Source: an uncultured bacterium (GTDB lineage Bacteria > T1Sed10-126). From it: a stretch of DNA of 10,461 nt. The position numbers and the translations under genes are program-made. The notes beneath the pieces are model-generated. The model had not been told where the DNA came from. It saw only the letters and a program-made list of their open reading frames with translations, and ran no database searches. The stretch lies in contig CAZMIT010000047.1 in assembly GCA_964566495.1 (NCBI GenBank), forward strand, positions 1 through 10,461. The letters are read 5' to 3'. The number at the start of each line of letters is the position of its first letter. The first letter of the stretch is position 1. Shown in pieces: positions 8,034 through 10,461 of this stretch.

Positions 8034-8136
8034 CAAAACCTTCCAACGTCATTCCGGGCAAGGGAGCGTAGCGACCGCAGACCCGGAATCTATGGTATAT
8101 TCAAGATGGATTGCCGGGTCAAGCCCGGCAATGAAG
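8034..8136. repeat. Full-length double-hairpin REP-like unit of the GTCATTCCG family; may also act as a terminator
   Basis: Hairpin 1: ATTCCGGG (8051-8058) with CCCGGAAT (8082-8089). Hairpin 2: ATTGCCGGG (8110-8118), loop TCAAG, CCCGGCAAT (8124-8132). Confidence 0.8.
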
Positions 8137-8413
8137 AAATCGGTGGAGGGTCCTGATAAAATCAAAACTGGAAATTTTTCGGAATAGATTGTAAACTATA
8201 AATAGACGGAAATAGATCGACAGAGACAGCCTTAGACACAGCAGCCAGAGAGCCAAGGACAAATATACCAGTAAATACCGGTGGGACTAATTATGTCGGT
8301 TGAAAAAGAGCGAGGCGCATTCCTGTCTTTAAACCCTATCTTGTCACCCCTTAGTTTATCCCGACAAAATTTATCTGCCTGCACTATGTCCAATCCAGAA
8401 CCTATCGAAACCT

Positions 8414-8443
8414 CGTCATTGCCGGACTTGACACGGCAGTCCA
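8414..8443 (-). repeat. REP-like hairpin, inverted copy of 8107-8136
   Basis: CGTCATTGCCGGACTTGACACGGCAGTCCA; its reverse complement matches 8107-8136 at 26/30. Confidence 0.8.
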
Positions 8444-8528
8444 GTTCCTTGGTTCCATCGGTAGGTTGTGTGTCCAATCAAAAAATTATGGGGGCTAAGT
8501 CTATCATTTGTTTTAGAGGTGAATTGCA

Positions 8529-9203
8529 GTGGAAGTAACATGGTATGGTCACGCCTTTTTTAAGCTGGAGACTGAGAAAGAGAAGATTTACGTGGACCCC
8601 TTTATTGAGGGCAACGAGCTCTGTCCAATAAATATTGATGAGATCAAGTCAGCCGACTACGTAGCGGTTACCCACGGTCACGAGGACCACTACGGGCAGG
8701 CAGTGGAAATTTGTAAAGAGACGGGAGCGACACTGGTTGCCAACTACGAAATTACCGTGGACGCGGAAGAAAAGGGAGTGAGTGCCGTTGAACCGATGAA
8801 TATTGGCGGGAGTGTCGGCGGCGACACGGTAAAATTTCACATGACCGAGGCCCAGCATTCTTCCGGCACCCTCGGCCACCAGTGCGGCTTTGTCATTGAA
8901 ACGCCGGAGTTGAAAGTCTATCACGCCGGCGACACGGGGCTGTTCTCCGATATGGAGTTAATCGCGGAGATGCTTGAGCCTCAGCTTGCTCTGCTGCCAA
9001 TCGGCGACCGTTTCACCATGGGACCGCCCAGCGCCAGCCGGGCGGTCAAGATGTTGAACGTCAGCCAGGTAATCCCTATGCACTACAATACCTTTGATCC
9101 AATAAGCCAGGATCCGGCTGAGTTTAAAAATCTGGTCGGCAGCGACGCCGAAGTAATTATTCTGCAGCCGGGACAGACACACATGAGTCGCGGTATTGAG
9201 TGA
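8529..9203 (+). CDS. Metal-dependent hydrolase, metallo-beta-lactamase fold (UPF0173-like)
   Basis: Motifs TWYGHA, VDPFI, THGHEDH, YHAGDTGLFSDM, LPIGDRFTMGP and IPMHYNTF. GTG start with GAGGTG RBS at 8516-8521. Confidence 0.92.
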   Translation: MEVTWYGHAFFKLETEKEKIYVDPFIEGNELCPINIDEIKSADYVAVTHGHEDHYGQAVEICKETGATLVANYEITVDAEEKGVSAVEPMNIGGSVGGDTVKFHMTEAQHSSGTLGHQCGFVIETPELKVYHAGDTGLFSDMELIAEMLEPQLALLPIGDRFTMGPPSASRAVKMLNVSQVIPMHYNTFDPISQDPAEFKNLVGSDAEVIILQPGQTHMSRGIE

Positions 9204-9209
9204 GAAATA

Positions 9210-10052
9210 ATGGCTAAAAATAGAGAACCAAAAAAGAACAACGAACGCCACTGGAGCCTGGCACAAATCAACGCGACGGAGAAGGTTGAAAAAAATCTCC
9301 AGCAAGCGCTGGAGTTGGCGGAGACAGCCCGGGAAGCCGGCTGTTCGCTGATTGCTTTTCCCGAAAACTTCTTGCTGCGGGGAGACGGTGATACTATTCG
9401 AGCGCGTGGCGGTGCGGCGGCGGAAAAAGGTCTGGGCCAACTAAAGCAGAAAGCACAAGAAGTGGGGATAAATATTCTCGCCGGTTCGATACCCGAACCG
9501 GAAGAAGAGACAAATGGGTTCTACAACACAGCCTATTTTATAAACAGTGGCGGGGAAATTAGCGCCTTTTACCGGAAAATACATCTGTTTGATATTGAAC
9601 TGGAAGAAGAGTTAAAACTGAGGGAGGCGGACTACTTAAAACCGGGGGAAGACGTTACTGTAGTGGATTTTGATGGTTTTAATTGTGGCGTCGGGATATG
9701 CTACGACCTGCGTTTCCCGGAGCTGTTCCGACGGTTGAGCGAGTCGGGAGTGGGAGTTATTTTTGTGCCGGCCAGCTTTACCGCGCAGACCGGGCAGGCT
9801 CACTGGCGACCGCTCTTGCGAGCTCGAGCAATTGAAAACCAGTGTTACGTGATTGCTCCGGCCCAGACCGGTAAAAATAAAATCAATGACGTCGTCAGTC
9901 ACGGTCACAGTCTGGTGGTTGACCCCTGGGGGAAAGTAATAGCGGAGAAAAAGAGGCGACCGGGTCTGTTGACATTTACGATAAAAAGAAGTCGAATAGA
10001 GAAAATACGCCGGCAACTACCGGCCTTGCAACACAGGGAGCTGAGCGAGTAA
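9210..10052 (+). CDS. Carbon-nitrogen hydrolase (Nit1-like, deaminated glutathione amidase-like)
   Basis: Catalytic triad motifs FPEN, YRKIHLFD and ICYDLRFPE, plus LLRARAIENQCYV and GHSLVVDPWG. Confidence 0.92.
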   Translation: MAKNREPKKNNERHWSLAQINATEKVEKNLQQALELAETAREAGCSLIAFPENFLLRGDGDTIRARGGAAAEKGLGQLKQKAQEVGINILAGSIPEPEEETNGFYNTAYFINSGGEISAFYRKIHLFDIELEEELKLREADYLKPGEDVTVVDFDGFNCGVGICYDLRFPELFRRLSESGVGVIFVPASFTAQTGQAHWRPLLRARAIENQCYVIAPAQTGKNKINDVVSHGHSLVVDPWGKVIAEKKRRPGLLTFTIKRSRIEKIRRQLPALQHRELSE

Positions 10053-10461
10053 TGCGCAAAGTCTACGAGGATTATTTTGGTTTCAAAGACAAGCCGTTCA
10101 ACGTCACACCAGATCCCGATTTTCTCTATTATAGCGATCAGCATAAGGAAGCCCTGGCACATATGATGTATGGCGTGCAGGAACGCAAGGGATTCGTGCT
10201 GGTAACCGGCCGGGTAGGGACGGGGAAAACTACTGTATGTCGGGCCTTCCTGAAGGAACTGGATGAATCAGTAAAAACTGCGCTTGTCTTAAATTCAACC
10301 ATGAACTTTGACGAGCTGCTGCTGACAATTGCCGAAGACCTGGGGATAGAGCTGCCAGAAAACCCAACGAAAAAAGAAGTAATCGATCTATTACAGGAGT
10401 TTGTAATTGACCAGTATGAACGGGGCAATAACGTCTGTCTGGTTATTGACGAAGCACAGAA
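10052..10461 (+). CDS. ExeA/GspA-like AAA ATPase, 3'-truncated by the window edge (absent from the ORF track)
   Basis: Manual translation: MRKVYEDYFGFKDKPFNVTPDPDFLYYSDQHKEALAHMMYGVQERKGFVLVTGRVGTGKTT...LVIDEAQ, with Walker A and B motifs. TAATG overlap with the upstream stop. Confidence 0.92.
   Translation, partial: MRKVYEDYFGFKDKPFNVTPDPDFLYYSDQHKEALAHMMYGVQERKGFVLVTGRVGTGKTTVCRAFLKELDESVKTALVLNSTMNFDELLLTIAEDLGIELPENPTKKEVIDLLQEFVIDQYERGNNVCLVIDEAQ

Noticed and set aside
8232..8538. ORFs 8232-8477 (-) and 8281-8538 (+)
   Set aside because: Both cross the REP-like repeat and show no protein motifs; they are probably spurious.
8649..10428. Minus-strand ORFs antisense to the hydrolase and ATPase genes (and similar shadow ORFs elsewhere)
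   Set aside because: They lie opposite well-supported + strand genes and have no recognisable domains.

Overview
Bacterial chromosomal window in which every credible gene is on the + strand. In order: 3' part of a RecQ-family helicase; ridA-hypE-nikR; an intergenic region with four perfect DnaA boxes; a sulfotransferase; nadK, a small conserved hypothetical protein, a hypothetical DNA-binding-like protein and a spore-photoproduct-lyase-like radical SAM gene; an MBL-fold hydrolase, a Nit-type C-N hydrolase and a partial ExeA/GspA-like ATPase that the ORF track misses. The intergenic DNA is unusually structured. It holds an oriC-like DnaA-box cluster with no dnaA nearby, a 129-bp MITE with 19-bp TIRs and a perfect 8-bp target duplication in the likely nadK promoter, an older related element on the other side of the sulfotransferase, a dispersed GTCATT(C/G)C(C/G)G REP-like palindrome family, and a 138-bp branched fold-back element. 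Protein calls come from motif recognition by eye; no database searches were run.
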